DNA of 64,000 bases. Origin: Candidatus Nomurabacteria bacterium (lineage in GTDB: Bacteria; Patescibacteriota; Minisyncoccia; Phycocordibacterales; UBA918). A program made the translations under genes and the position numbers. Below, piece after piece: positions 19,715-29,082 of this stretch. Positions within the stretch are counted from its first letter, which is position 1; every line of letters begins with the position of its first letter. The DNA is taken from the NCBI GenBank assembly GCA_023898525.1, contig CP060227.1:429634-493633 (forward strand), written 5' to 3'. The notes beneath the pieces were generated by a model, which was given only the letters and a program-made list of their open reading frames with translations, did no database searches and was not told the DNA's origin.

Positions 19715-20050
19715 TTAAGCGTATTGCATTGGACTGGGACTGATTTTACCACGAAAGCGCAGACTGAGTAAGGAGAAGATTATCAGGCCAAGGGTTAGAA
19801 GTGTCAAAAATTCACCATGCTCTACAGCTTGAATAAAAGTCTGCCAAATATAAGCTGGTAGCAATCCTAATTGTACGCTAAGTAAATTGGTCCAGATATC
19901 AGGCAAAGACACCAGACTGACAAATAAAGCGCTGCTGACCCCAAAAATAAAGCCCAACGAAGTATAAAAATTAGTAGAAATACTGACCAAGTAACTATAC
20001 CAAACCCGTTTCATAACTACACTTCTTATTTTTGTATTGGTGTTTTCCAT
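19715..20050 (-). CDS. Small membrane protein downstream of the ECF sigma factor gene (candidate anti-sigma factor)
   Basis: 111 aa, 2-3 TM segments; operon position only. Confidence 0.35.
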   Translation of the reverse strand: MENTNTKIRSVVMKRVWYSYLVSISTNFYTSLGFIFGVSSALFVSLVSLPDIWTNLLSVQLGLLPAYIWQTFIQAVEHGEFLTLLTLGLIIFSLLSLRFRGKISPSPMQYA

Positions 20051-20099
20051 AGATTATTACTTTATTTATACTATATAACTAAACAATAAGCCCCTTAGG

Positions 20100-20690
20100 T
20101 TACATCAACCCCTCTATCTCCTCCTCTCGACTTTCCCTTCGAAACGCAATCTTAGCGCGATAAATTCGTACCTTGATAGTACCTACACTTTCTTTGGTGT
20201 GCTTGGCAATGTCCGCATGAGACCACCGCTCCAAATAATGCAAGCGCAAAACCTGAGCAAAGTGACCAGGTAACCTGGATAATATGCGCTCTACCCCGTC
20301 TTTTTTTTCGGACAAAGCACCATGCTCCTTCTGTTCGCTAATAAATTGCTCAAATTCTGGATCTAAAGAAGTGAAACGCTGCCCCTCTTTCAATAATTTT
20401 TGGTATCGCGTAAAAGCTGTATTCATCAAAATCTTGTACGCCCAAGAGGAAAACTTGGCCCCGTCCTGGGGTGAAAAAGATGCAGCATTAACATATATCT
20501 TAGTAAAAGTGTCCTGCACTACCTCTTCGGCATCACTTTTGTTAAAAATAATGCTCTGCGCTTTACGCAAAAAAGGTGTCTCATAGCGGTCAAGCAAGAT
20601 AGCAAACAGCCAAGGCTCATTAATTGACCGACGTAGCACCTCTTCATCGGTTAGCGAATGTCCTTTGTTGGTAGTTGTCAGTCCTAACAT
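20100..20690 (-). CDS. ECF-type RNA polymerase sigma-70 factor
   Basis: 196 aa with region 2 (DTFTKIY...) and a region 4 HTH (ADIAKHTKESVGTIKVRIYRAK). Confidence 0.8.
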   Translation of the reverse strand: MLGLTTTNKGHSLTDEEVLRRSINEPWLFAILLDRYETPFLRKAQSIIFNKSDAEEVVQDTFTKIYVNAASFSPQDGAKFSSWAYKILMNTAFTRYQKLLKEGQRFTSLDPEFEQFISEQKEHGALSEKKDGVERILSRLPGHFAQVLRLHYLERWSHADIAKHTKESVGTIKVRIYRAKIAFRRESREEEIEGLM

Positions 20691-20736
20691 ATATGGTAGT
20701 ATCTTCTTGCCTTTACTATAGCATTTTTAAATATTT

Positions 20737-21312
20737 ATGGCAGTCTTATCTTATAACGAAATTACCCCGAAAAAGGTTATCATTTTTAATGATGAGCCTT
20801 ATTTAGTGCTCTCTTACCACGTTTTTCGCAAACAACAACGTAAACCAGTAAACATCACTAAGCTTAAAAGCTTAAAATCAGGACGGGTGGTTGAAAATAC
20901 TTTTCATGTAAATGAAACCGCTGAAGAAGCTGATCTAGAGAATCGTAAAATTGTTTTTATCTACCGCAAAGGTGATGAATATTGGTTCCATAACTCAGGC
21001 CGACCCAGTGAACGCTTTGCTTTAACAGCTGATTTAATCGGTGATGCCGGCAAGTTTATCAAGGACCGTTCAGAACTTGAGGCTTTAGTTTACGAAGATG
21101 AAGTGATCGGCGTAAAAATACCGATCAAGATTGAACTAAAAGTCAAAGAAGCTATGGACGCTGTCAAAGGTAACACCTCCTCTGGTGCTCAGAAGGAAGT
21201 GACTCTAGAGACCGGGGCGACTTTGATGGTGCCAATGTTTATTGGTGAGGGTGATATGATTGCAATCAATACCGAGACCGGGGAGTATTCAGAGCGAGTA
21301 GAAAAGGCGTAA
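20737..21312 (+). CDS. efp: Elongation factor P
   Basis: 191 aa with typical EF-P three-domain pattern (KKVIIFNDEPYLVL..., GATLMVPMFIGEGD). Confidence 0.9.
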   Translation: MAVLSYNEITPKKVIIFNDEPYLVLSYHVFRKQQRKPVNITKLKSLKSGRVVENTFHVNETAEEADLENRKIVFIYRKGDEYWFHNSGRPSERFALTADLIGDAGKFIKDRSELEALVYEDEVIGVKIPIKIELKVKEAMDAVKGNTSSGAQKEVTLETGATLMVPMFIGEGDMIAINTETGEYSERVEKA

Positions 21313-21316
21313 ATAT

Positions 21317-21346
21317 GAAAAGCTCTCATAATTTGAGAGCTTTTTT
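21317..21346 (+). terminator. Rho-independent terminator (aaaagctctca taatt tgagagcttttttg)
   Basis: Hairpin plus T-run just after the efp stop. Confidence 0.7.
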
Positions 21347-21363
21347 GTTTTTTACAAGAGAAA

Positions 21364-21525
21364 TTACAGCCTCCAGGGCTCTTTTTTTCTTAATTCATTA
21401 TCTATTTCTCCATATCTAGGATCATCTGTAATAGTGCTATCTAAGAAACGTCTCCCCCAAGAAGTCCGAGACAGAATAGCAACTATAACCACAAACGCCA
21501 AAGCTGCACAAAGAAATATATTCAT
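21364..21525 (-). CDS. Small membrane protein (53 aa)
   Basis: ORF MNIFLCAALAFVVIVAILSR... with RBS aaaggaaaagaaaATG. Lies between two terminators and is not in the provided ORF track (<60 aa). Confidence 0.35.
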   Translation of the reverse strand: MNIFLCAALAFVVIVAILSRTSWGRRFLDSTITDDPRYGEIDNELRKKEPWRL

Positions 21526-21586
21526 TTTCTTTTCCTTTTGTTTAAAAAATTACTTATCTTGCCCACAACTTTATACTCTATAAAAA

Positions 21587-21626
21587 CAAAAAGGGCAAGA
21601 ACTGCGTTCTTGCCCTTTTTGTTTTT
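21587..21626. terminator. Hairpin terminator (aaaaagggcaagaactgcgttcttgccctttttgtttttt)
   Basis: Perfect stem plus T-run, 3' of rpsR. Confidence 0.7.
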
Positions 21627-21635
21627 TCTCTAAAC

Positions 21636-21839
21636 TTAGTGCTGAATATACGGCAGCAAAGCCATAAACCGTGCTCGTTTGATAGCGCGAGCAAAATCAC
21701 GCTGTGATTTAGCTGAAAAACCAGTTCGCTTGCGACCAAACATACGAGAGTGCGGATTTACATAAGCTCCAAGGCTAGTTATATCCTTGTAGTCAATGTG
21801 CTCCAAAGCAGCTTTTTTGTGTAGATTATGCTGTTCCAT
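21636..21839 (-). CDS. rpsR: Ribosomal protein S18
   Basis: 67 aa, conserved bS18 core. Confidence 0.9.
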   Translation of the reverse strand: MEQHNLHKKAALEHIDYKDITSLGAYVNPHSRMFGRKRTGFSAKSQRDFARAIKRARFMALLPYIQH

Positions 21840-21882
21840 AGTTGCTTTCTTAATTTTACTTATAAATTTCTTATTGTTTTAA

Positions 21883-22320
21883 TTAAAACGGAATGTCTTC
21901 AGGATTGATTTCTTCTTCTGGGTAATCTGGAAGAGCGGACTTTTGACTATCATCATCTGATTTACCACTTCCACCAGCTGAAACTGACGAACCTCCACCC
22001 TTAGGACCAAACTGTACTCGCTCTGCAATCACCTCTGTACGATACTGTTTTTGTCCATCCTTATCCCAAGACCGAGTTTGCATCCTACCTTCAACAAAAG
22101 CACTATTGCCTTTACTTAGATACTTGGCGCAATTTTCTGCCTGCTTACCAAATACCACAATATTGTGATAATCAGCCGCTTCTTGTCTCTTACCATCACG
22201 ATCATTAAAAACACGGTTGGTAGCAAGTGAAAATGAACACACTTGCATACCGCTAGGCAAAGATTTTAACTCTGGATCACGAGTCAAGTTGCCGTAGACC
22301 ATTGCTTTGTTGATATACAT
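21883..22320 (-). CDS. ssb: Single-stranded DNA-binding protein
   Basis: OB fold, glycine-rich linker, acidic C-terminal tail ending DIPF. Confidence 0.9.
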   Translation of the reverse strand: MYINKAMVYGNLTRDPELKSLPSGMQVCSFSLATNRVFNDRDGKRQEAADYHNIVVFGKQAENCAKYLSKGNSAFVEGRMQTRSWDKDGQKQYRTEVIAERVQFGPKGGGSSVSAGGSGKSDDDSQKSALPDYPEEEINPEDIPF

Positions 22321-22354
22321 AGAATTTTTATATAATTAGCTTATTATGAGCTCA

Positions 22355-22891
22355 TTATACCGTTTCTTCAGCCTCTTTGCTATTGTTGTCGTCTTTTGTT
22401 TCTCCTTCAGATTCCACCTCTTCTTCATTGATAGATTCTTCATCTTCCTCCAAATCCTCATCGTCTATAACCTGAACCTTCTTTTCAACAATCGCATCAT
22501 GGAAGCGAAATGGATTTTGCTCCTCAACTTTCGTTAACTTTATAAGCAAGAAGCGCAGTAATTCTTTACTCCCCTCAAAGGCTTCGGTCAACTTAGCAAT
22601 CTTAGCCGGCTCAAGACGAAAACGAACCCAGCCAAAATAGGCGCTGTTGAATTTTCGATTCTTACCTTCAAGGTACTTAAAGATGTCGTACGCTAAATCA
22701 AAGCGTTTTGGTGACTCTTCATCTATGAGCTCACCCCCGACTTTAGTAATATGGTTTTTGAGTTGATCAAAAACACTGGCTACTTCCCCTTCAGCAACTG
22801 TTGGAAGTACGTGGAAAGCAAATTCGTAGCTAACAAGCTCACGCTCATCGCCGGTCTTTGCTTCAGTCGCTGGCATTTTTGTGTCTGACAT
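22355..22891 (-). CDS. rpsF: Ribosomal protein S6 with acidic C-terminal tail
   Basis: YEFAFHVLP...RFDLAYDI core of bS6; lies in the conserved rpsF-ssb-rpsR arrangement. Confidence 0.8.
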   Translation of the reverse strand: MSDTKMPATEAKTGDERELVSYEFAFHVLPTVAEGEVASVFDQLKNHITKVGGELIDEESPKRFDLAYDIFKYLEGKNRKFNSAYFGWVRFRLEPAKIAKLTEAFEGSKELLRFLLIKLTKVEEQNPFRFHDAIVEKKVQVIDDEDLEEDEESINEEEVESEGETKDDNNSKEAEETV

Positions 22892-22976
22892 TTATACAGA
22901 ACTTAACCTAATAACTCGGCTACACTACCACAGATATCATCTGTGTTCAAGACCGCGACCATGCTAGAATTAGCTG

Positions 22977-23909
22977 ATGTCACAAGAGCCAAAAACAAAA
23001 TCAATTAAAATCGTAGTGTTAATACTGATTGTCATTCTAGTTGCCCTAACAGGATATTTATTCCTAGAGAACAGCAAAAAGACTGACCAAATATTGGCTC
23101 TAAATACTGAGCGAGACGAGCTCCAGATATCGTTGGAAAAACTTGGTTTTGAGAAAACTCAAATCGAAAACACTGCCGAAGAGCTCACAAAAGAGTTGAC
23201 TCTGACCAAAGAAACGCTGCAAGAAACCGAAGACGATCTGAGACACGAAAAAAACAAAAATGATGATTTTGAAGATCAGATTCGCTCTATTTCCGGTACG
23301 GTAAAAGATTTGGATAAGCTTTCTAAGACCGATGAGGAACTACTACAAAAATATTCTCGTACTTATTTCTTGAATGAAAACTTCATCCCACTCAAATTAA
23401 AGCAAATTGACGATAAATACATATTGCCGGGTAAGAAGGACCAATATTTTCACGGTGATGCAATTGGGTTTTTAGAAGACTTGCTTGATGCCGCTAAAAG
23501 GGCCGGTCACGACATAAAAATAGTTTCAGCTTATCGGTCTTTTGACGAGCAACAGGATCTGAAGGGCCAATATACACAAGTCTACGGTAGCGGCTCAAAC
23601 GCTTTCTCAGCTGATCAAGGCTACTCGGAACACCAGCTCGGTACTACAGTAGATTTGACCGACGAATCTACCAACGGCACCTATCAGTCTTTTGGCGAAA
23701 CTGAAGCTTATAAATGGTTGGTGGACAACGCCTATCGCTACGGATTCATTCTCTCCTACCCTGAGAATAATGAGTTTTATATTTATGAACCATGGCATTG
23801 GCGCTTTGTCGGTACTGACCTAGCTGGCGACCTTCATCGCAAAAATGCCCAATTTTACGAATGGGACCAAAGAAAGATTGACGAGTATTTAATTAAGATT
23901 TTTGATTAA
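22977..23909 (+). CDS. Membrane-anchored D-alanyl-D-alanine carboxypeptidase (VanY / peptidase M15B-like) with coiled-coil linker
   Basis: SAYRSFDEQ, SEHQLGTTVDL and EPWHWRF motifs of the LAS metallopeptidase family; N-terminal TM. Confidence 0.75.
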   Translation: MSQEPKTKSIKIVVLILIVILVALTGYLFLENSKKTDQILALNTERDELQISLEKLGFEKTQIENTAEELTKELTLTKETLQETEDDLRHEKNKNDDFEDQIRSISGTVKDLDKLSKTDEELLQKYSRTYFLNENFIPLKLKQIDDKYILPGKKDQYFHGDAIGFLEDLLDAAKRAGHDIKIVSAYRSFDEQQDLKGQYTQVYGSGSNAFSADQGYSEHQLGTTVDLTDESTNGTYQSFGETEAYKWLVDNAYRYGFILSYPENNEFYIYEPWHWRFVGTDLAGDLHRKNAQFYEWDQRKIDEYLIKIFD

Positions 23910-23937
23910 GATTTAAAAAATGATCGGTCAGATAATG

Positions 23938-23972
23938 AAAGGCCGGTCGCTTCGCGACCGGCCTTTCTTTTC
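23938..23972 (+). terminator. Hairpin terminator (aaaggccggtcgc ttcg gcgaccggccttt)
   Basis: Perfect stem plus T-rich tail. Confidence 0.7.
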
Positions 23973-24079
23973 TTTCTAAAACCAACTTTGTCGCCCACAA
24001 ACTTGTACGCTATACTGCACCCAACCTGCAGCTCGGTACTGCATGTTCTTTTACAACTTACATACATAAAGGAGTAATT

Positions 24080-27000
24080 ATGACAACTCTTACTGTAATC
24101 CCTGATGGTACCATCAGAGAAGGACAGAGCGCTATTTTTACGATCGTTCTCTCTGAACCTTTAACCGAAAGTGTTTTCTTTAGAGCCTCAACCATTACCA
24201 GTGGCGGAGCCTCCACAGCCGACGGTGATTATGAAGGATTTACCGACCGTATCTATGAAATACCAGCTGGTAAAACTAGTCTACAAATTGCCGTGTCGAC
24301 CTACCAAGCCGGAACTATCAATGAAGGAGTCGAAGCGATTGGTTTATGGGTAGACGATGTCTCTCCATCAAACATCAGTATTACTGATAGCGGTGTTGGT
24401 AGCGGTCGAGCTTTCGTCACTATTTTGGACCCCGTAGAAATACGAGTTAAGAATACCAACGGCTACGAAGGTGGCCAGGTGGGATTTATCGTAGAAGCGG
24501 AAAGTCCAGTACCTCACGACACTACCGTGTACCTACAGGTACAAGGCACAACTACCGCTGGCATAGCTAGTAATTCATGGTGGGTACAGGGTGTAATCAA
24601 AGCTGGTCAGACAGCAACCACCGTCAACATTAATACTGTGGAAGATGGTCAAACTTATGACACCCGCATTAATGTCAAATTATTCTCGTACCACGAAGAC
24701 GTTATGATCTTGGATGATACCGCCTATGGTACGGTATACAATACGACACAAGTACAAACCATACCCATTCTTGATATTTTCGCTGGGGGCGATGTAAACG
24801 AAGGTGATACAACAGTCTCGTACGCGAGATTGTCGACAGCCACCGACCATGATGTGACTTTTAGGGTCTCAACTTGGCTCGGCGATATGTCAGGTGACGC
24901 CAACCGAAATCCAGATAGTCCTGACTACGTTTCGTTTGTGAATCGTTCATTCACTATCAGAGCGGGCCAAACTACGGTACCAATACCGGTACAAACACTG
25001 CAAAATGACGACCCGACCGACTGGGCACAAGAAGTGTTTAGTATTCGAGTCGAACCAAACAGTGTTTCAGGTGCTACCTTAGGCCAAAGTCGCGCGGACA
25101 TCGTAATACATGATGTAGCAATCACGACAACACCGGATAACCAAAATTTAGAAGATTTGAGTATCTATAAAAATCTAATAAATACTCTTGTCGCTAAAGA
25201 AGGTATCTCAAAAACGGCTGACATAATCGCCGCTAGCAACACACTTAAGAGCGCCGCCCAATCACTTGAAGCCAGAGAATTGTTGGCAGCCGGTGTTTGG
25301 GATGCAACTGGCTTGGGTGCCATTGGTGGGATAGAAACTTATCTTGACTACCTTAGCCTATTCCCTAGCACACTAGCATTCTTGATTCGGCCGGCTTACA
25401 AAGCCGCAACCGGCCTAGATTTGTTTGATTCCATAAATTACAGTGAACTGGTTAATATTCCAGGAGCAGTTGCTCCCAGTGGCATTATATTTACCGGAAA
25501 CCAAGTATTATATGAAGGCAAACAAATCATTACCGATAACGATAGAGTAAACTGGACAGCTGACCAAGCCCTAGCGATAGCGAATGGAGAGCTGACTGAG
25601 ATACTTAAGGCTGGAGATTATGTTGATGGGAGGTTGGTGATACATCAGCCTGTAATAGCTTTCGATAGCTCTGGAAATTTGGTTAAACATACGAGTTATC
25701 AAGGTCGCTATGATCCTGAAAGAACCTCTGTTATGTCTGGCTCAAAGACCGATAACGTTTCACATTATGATGAAAATGCACAAAGTTTTGATTGGAGTGG
25801 AAATGTAGCTGATACAGTTTATATAGTAGCTCCATTTGATGGTTATGTAGTTTATTCCACTGATACGTACGCTTCTAAAGAAGTGAGTAACGGTGGATTA
25901 GGCAACGTAATTACTTTGCGAGCTGAACAAAAAACCACAGACGGCAAGGATGTGTTTGTAACCTTTGCTCACATAAAGCAAGGTAGTATAACAAGCAACC
26001 TTATCACAACACCTAAGAACCCTCCCGAAACAGATACTTCAATACCAGTAAAAGCCGGTCAAGTGTTGGGTATCGTTGGTGACACCGGTGGTAATTGGCC
26101 AGTGCATCTGCATATGTTGGCAGGTAACAACACATCAACCTATGGCACTATGACGGCTAAAGCTGGGCTGCGTGAAGGTCAAGTCGACACCCCTCCAGTC
26201 TTCATGCTTTTTGAAGGGGCAAAAATAGCTACCCGTAGTGAATTAAACTCGGGTATACGCGAGCGAGGAGGCGACTTTAAGCAAGACATTGGTTTCCCTA
26301 TAGGTGACACAGATACTTCTAGTGGAGCCTACAGCGAAATCGGATTATCTAGTGATGAACCATTGGTAGCAAAAAATATAAGCTCTACTTTTACCAAAGG
26401 TGAATTCTACGAAATAAACCCTACCTTTTCTTCAACAGACTCAGGAGGCCAAGGCGGCGACTTTCCCACCCCAGACCCAATCTGGAACGGAACGGACACC
26501 GCCGAAACCAACGAGTACTGGCAGGACAAAGTTTCAGCCGTCAATGAATTTATCTACGCCGGTGGCGGTTATGATTTCATTCTCGCCTCTGGTGGAGATG
26601 ATGTAATTGACGGACAAGGTGATGGTGGACAAGTCAACCTCTTTGGTCCGGGAGCTATTCGCGCCAACTTCTCCGTCACTACTACAGGTGATGGTGGATA
26701 CCGAGTACATAGTATCGATGGTTCTTTTGGTACTGATAAGTACTACAATATCGACGGTATGTGGTTTGGTGGTTACGGCAATATCCCTGGAGCTTGGCAT
26801 AATATGAATGACTTAGTCATAAACACCTTTAATGATGGTGACGGTACTTTACCTTCAGTAGCCGATCCTTACGATGAGTTATTTGCCGGTACTTCAGGCG
26901 ATGATCTCATAATAGGTGGTACTGGTATTGATTGGTTTACCGCTACACCGGGGAATGACATTCTCTATGGTGGAGACGGAAAGAACGTCGACCAAAGCTG

Positions 27001-27205
27001 GAACCAGGTTAATTTCACCACCGCTCCCTTCTATGAAATGCAGTGGGGTTATGACATCGCCAGCGACTTGTTATTTTCTCGTCACCCTAACCTCGATCTT
27101 GATTCATACAACCGTGACATCACCGACTTCTGGTTTCAAGATGGTGGCTGGCACGGTCGAGCTGAACTTATTGGTCTAGCGTCTCCTGACTTTGTATTTG
27201 TGTAG
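24080..27205 (+). CDS. 1041-aa multidomain protein: three Calx-beta-like repeats, an M23 (LytM-type) peptidase domain, and C-terminal RTX-like Ca-binding repeats; no N-terminal signal peptide
   Basis: Calx-beta-like repeats span ~24080-25115 (ADGDYEGF, ATDHDVTF). The M23 domain spans ~25750-26150 (HYDEN ... GDTGGNWPVHLHM). GGxGxD-type repeats span ~26550-26960 (GGTGIDWFTATPGNDILYGGDGKN). Confidence 0.8.
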   Translation: MTTLTVIPDGTIREGQSAIFTIVLSEPLTESVFFRASTITSGGASTADGDYEGFTDRIYEIPAGKTSLQIAVSTYQAGTINEGVEAIGLWVDDVSPSNISITDSGVGSGRAFVTILDPVEIRVKNTNGYEGGQVGFIVEAESPVPHDTTVYLQVQGTTTAGIASNSWWVQGVIKAGQTATTVNINTVEDGQTYDTRINVKLFSYHEDVMILDDTAYGTVYNTTQVQTIPILDIFAGGDVNEGDTTVSYARLSTATDHDVTFRVSTWLGDMSGDANRNPDSPDYVSFVNRSFTIRAGQTTVPIPVQTLQNDDPTDWAQEVFSIRVEPNSVSGATLGQSRADIVIHDVAITTTPDNQNLEDLSIYKNLINTLVAKEGISKTADIIAASNTLKSAAQSLEARELLAAGVWDATGLGAIGGIETYLDYLSLFPSTLAFLIRPAYKAATGLDLFDSINYSELVNIPGAVAPSGIIFTGNQVLYEGKQIITDNDRVNWTADQALAIANGELTEILKAGDYVDGRLVIHQPVIAFDSSGNLVKHTSYQGRYDPERTSVMSGSKTDNVSHYDENAQSFDWSGNVADTVYIVAPFDGYVVYSTDTYASKEVSNGGLGNVITLRAEQKTTDGKDVFVTFAHIKQGSITSNLITTPKNPPETDTSIPVKAGQVLGIVGDTGGNWPVHLHMLAGNNTSTYGTMTAKAGLREGQVDTPPVFMLFEGAKIATRSELNSGIRERGGDFKQDIGFPIGDTDTSSGAYSEIGLSSDEPLVAKNISSTFTKGEFYEINPTFSSTDSGGQGGDFPTPDPIWNGTDTAETNEYWQDKVSAVNEFIYAGGGYDFILASGGDDVIDGQGDGGQVNLFGPGAIRANFSVTTTGDGGYRVHSIDGSFGTDKYYNIDGMWFGGYGNIPGAWHNMNDLVINTFNDGDGTLPSVADPYDELFAGTSGDDLIIGGTGIDWFTATPGNDILYGGDGKNVDQSWNQVNFTTAPFYEMQWGYDIASDLLFSRHPNLDLDSYNRDITDFWFQDGGWHGRAELIGLASPDFVFV

Positions 27206-27296
27206 TATTTGTTCTTTTTAACAGATCGCCTAGAAATTAGGCGATCTTTTCTTTTACCTAAGGCTGTGGTACGGTACGAACATGAAAAAGATTATA
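27008..27296 (+). repeat. Repeat copy 1 (~290 bp): last ~65 codons of the giant gene, its terminator hairpin, and the RBS/start of the next gene
   Basis: ~99% identical to 27953-28243 (3 mismatches seen by eye). Confidence 0.85.
27223..27255 (+). terminator. Terminator hairpin inside the repeat unit (agatcgcct agaaatt aggcgatct tttctttt)
   Basis: Perfect 9-bp stem plus T-run, 15 nt after the giant-gene stop. Identical copy at 28168-28200. Confidence 0.65.
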
Positions 27297-27953
27297 ATGA
27301 TAACTTTAGTAGCGGTTTTAGCGATAGCTGTATCAGCTTTTATAATATCAGATAATAATCAAGAGACTGAAGTAAATACTGTTGTATCAAACCCTGTTGA
27401 GGAGACTAAGTCTTCACAAAAGTCTACTTATACCAGCAATGAAATAGGTATTACTTTTACTTACGATAAAAGGTTTGGGCAGCCGAAATTTTTAGATTTT
27501 TCTAAATATTGTACAGAAATAAAAGCATCTGATGATAGAATTTGCCAAAATTTTCAAATTTTGTTTGGGGGAGATAATTCAAATCTAGCAGATGTAGCAA
27601 TTTTTGCTGTCAATAAAGTTCGCCTTGAAAGCAATGAGTTGAGTCAAATTGGGAAAGAGGGAGTGGCATTCCCTTGGCCACCAACAGAATCAATGTCAAT
27701 GGATGATGAATGTTTTGTTCCGGGAGTACCTAATTACTCCAATGGTAAATGTGAGTATGTTACAAAAAATAATATCCTTATGCGACACACTTATTTAGAT
27801 GTGCAAAACACAATAAATGATTTTCCTCGTTATGAATATAGTTTTTATGTACCAGATAAAGACTTAGGAGTTGTTATTTACACAAAGGAACATGACTCTG
27901 AAAACCATATTGACTTTATAGAAAGAATAACAGAAAGTCTGAGTTTGAATTAG
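27282..27953 (+). CDS. Cassette gene A: signal-anchored, Cys-containing secreted protein (candidate immunity protein)
   Basis: 223 aa starting MKKIIMITLVAVLAIAVSAF. Preceded by repeat copy 1; its stop is followed immediately by repeat copy 2. Confidence 0.6.
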   Translation: MKKIIMITLVAVLAIAVSAFIISDNNQETEVNTVVSNPVEETKSSQKSTYTSNEIGITFTYDKRFGQPKFLDFSKYCTEIKASDDRICQNFQILFGGDNSNLADVAIFAVNKVRLESNELSQIGKEGVAFPWPPTESMSMDDECFVPGVPNYSNGKCEYVTKNNILMRHTYLDVQNTINDFPRYEYSFYVPDKDLGVVIYTKEHDSENHIDFIERITESLSLN

Positions 27954-28243
27954 ATTTCACCACCGCTCCCTTCTCTGAAATACAGTGGGGTTATGACATC
28001 GCCAGCGACTTGTTATTTTCTCGTCACCCTAACCTCGATCTTGATTCATACAACCGTGACATCACCGACTTCTGGTTTCAAGATGGTGGGTGGCACGGTC
28101 GAGCTGAACTTATTGGTCTAGCGTCTCCTGACTTTGTGTTTGTGTAGTATTTGTTCTTTTTAACAGATCGCCTAGAAATTAGGCGATCTTTTCTTTTACC
28201 TAAGGCTGTGGTACGGTACGAACATGAAAAAGTTAATACTTAT
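27953..28243 (+). repeat. Repeat copy 2 (~290 bp); encodes an orphan start-less C-terminal fragment (...DFTTAPFSEIQWGYD...GLASPDFVFV*) in a frame different from gene A
   Basis: Near-identical to 27008-27296. Confidence 0.85.
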
Positions 28244-28907
28244 AATCTTAGGTATAGTTATGTTAGTGACGGCAGGACTTTTGCTAAACAACACGCAATA
28301 TCAGATACAAGACGACCTTGATTTATCAGAATCAACTTCTACTATTGGTGTACTCGGTATACCAAAACCACTGACCTTAGCTTCGTTGGAAGCTAGAGAG
28401 GACTGGAACCCAACCATGGAAATAGAAGGTATGGTTAGGGTGGAAGATGGAGTGGCGGAATTGTCGGATAAAGAGAAAAAAATTAAAAAGCATAATATTC
28501 ATTTTTCACAATTAAACGATAGTTTTGTTACCGTTCTCCACTACGACGATGATTTTGAAAGTGAGTTTTGTGCCAAAGAAATGATGAGTGACCTACCAAA
28601 CGTACCGCTCAAGTGTCCACGATATAAACCATCTGAATACAATGAATTTATTATTCTTTCCAAAGATACCGGTGAGGTACTACATAAGTATAGGCTTAGA
28701 GAGGGGTATTCGATGACTACAACTGCCGCTGTATTACTTGGCAGTACAATATCACCCGGTTTTGGTAGCGACGAAAACCTATATTTTCATATAGGCCGAA
28801 TAGACATGGTAGAGAGAGAAGAGACCATTACTTCATCATTTAGCTACACTCTTAACGTTGTTACCGGTGAAATAACATTGGGTTATGATAGTAAAAGTGT
28901 GCGGTAA
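28224..28907 (+). CDS. Cassette gene B: signal-anchored secreted protein (candidate immunity protein), unrelated in sequence to gene A
   Basis: 227 aa starting MKKLILIILGIVMLVTAGLLL. Same upstream repeat, RBS and start context as gene A. Confidence 0.6.
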   Translation: MKKLILIILGIVMLVTAGLLLNNTQYQIQDDLDLSESTSTIGVLGIPKPLTLASLEAREDWNPTMEIEGMVRVEDGVAELSDKEKKIKKHNIHFSQLNDSFVTVLHYDDDFESEFCAKEMMSDLPNVPLKCPRYKPSEYNEFIILSKDTGEVLHKYRLREGYSMTTTAAVLLGSTISPGFGSDENLYFHIGRIDMVEREETITSSFSYTLNVVTGEITLGYDSKSVR

Positions 28908-28984
28908 CTTTTTTGATAGAGTCGTTTGTTTTTCCTAAAAATGTGATGTGTTGCTGGGTATAAAAAGTGAAATGACACAGATGT

Positions 28985-29082
28985 CTACAACCGTGACATC
29001 ACCGACTTCTGGTTTCAGGATGGTGGCTGGCACGGTCGGGCTGATTTGATTGGTTTAGCTGATAGCACCTTTTTTGTGTAGT
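28985..29082 (+). repeat. Repeat copy 3 (degraded, ~100 bp, ~85% identity): orphan fragment ...YNRDITDFWFQDGGWHGRADLIGLADSTFFV*
   Basis: Aligned by eye to 27110-27205. Confidence 0.7.

Noticed and set aside
27008-29082. Direct repeats considered as a possible CRISPR array
   Set aside because: Units are ~290 bp, protein-coding and separated by 650-bp genes, with no short regular repeat/spacer structure. No CRISPR array was seen anywhere in the window.
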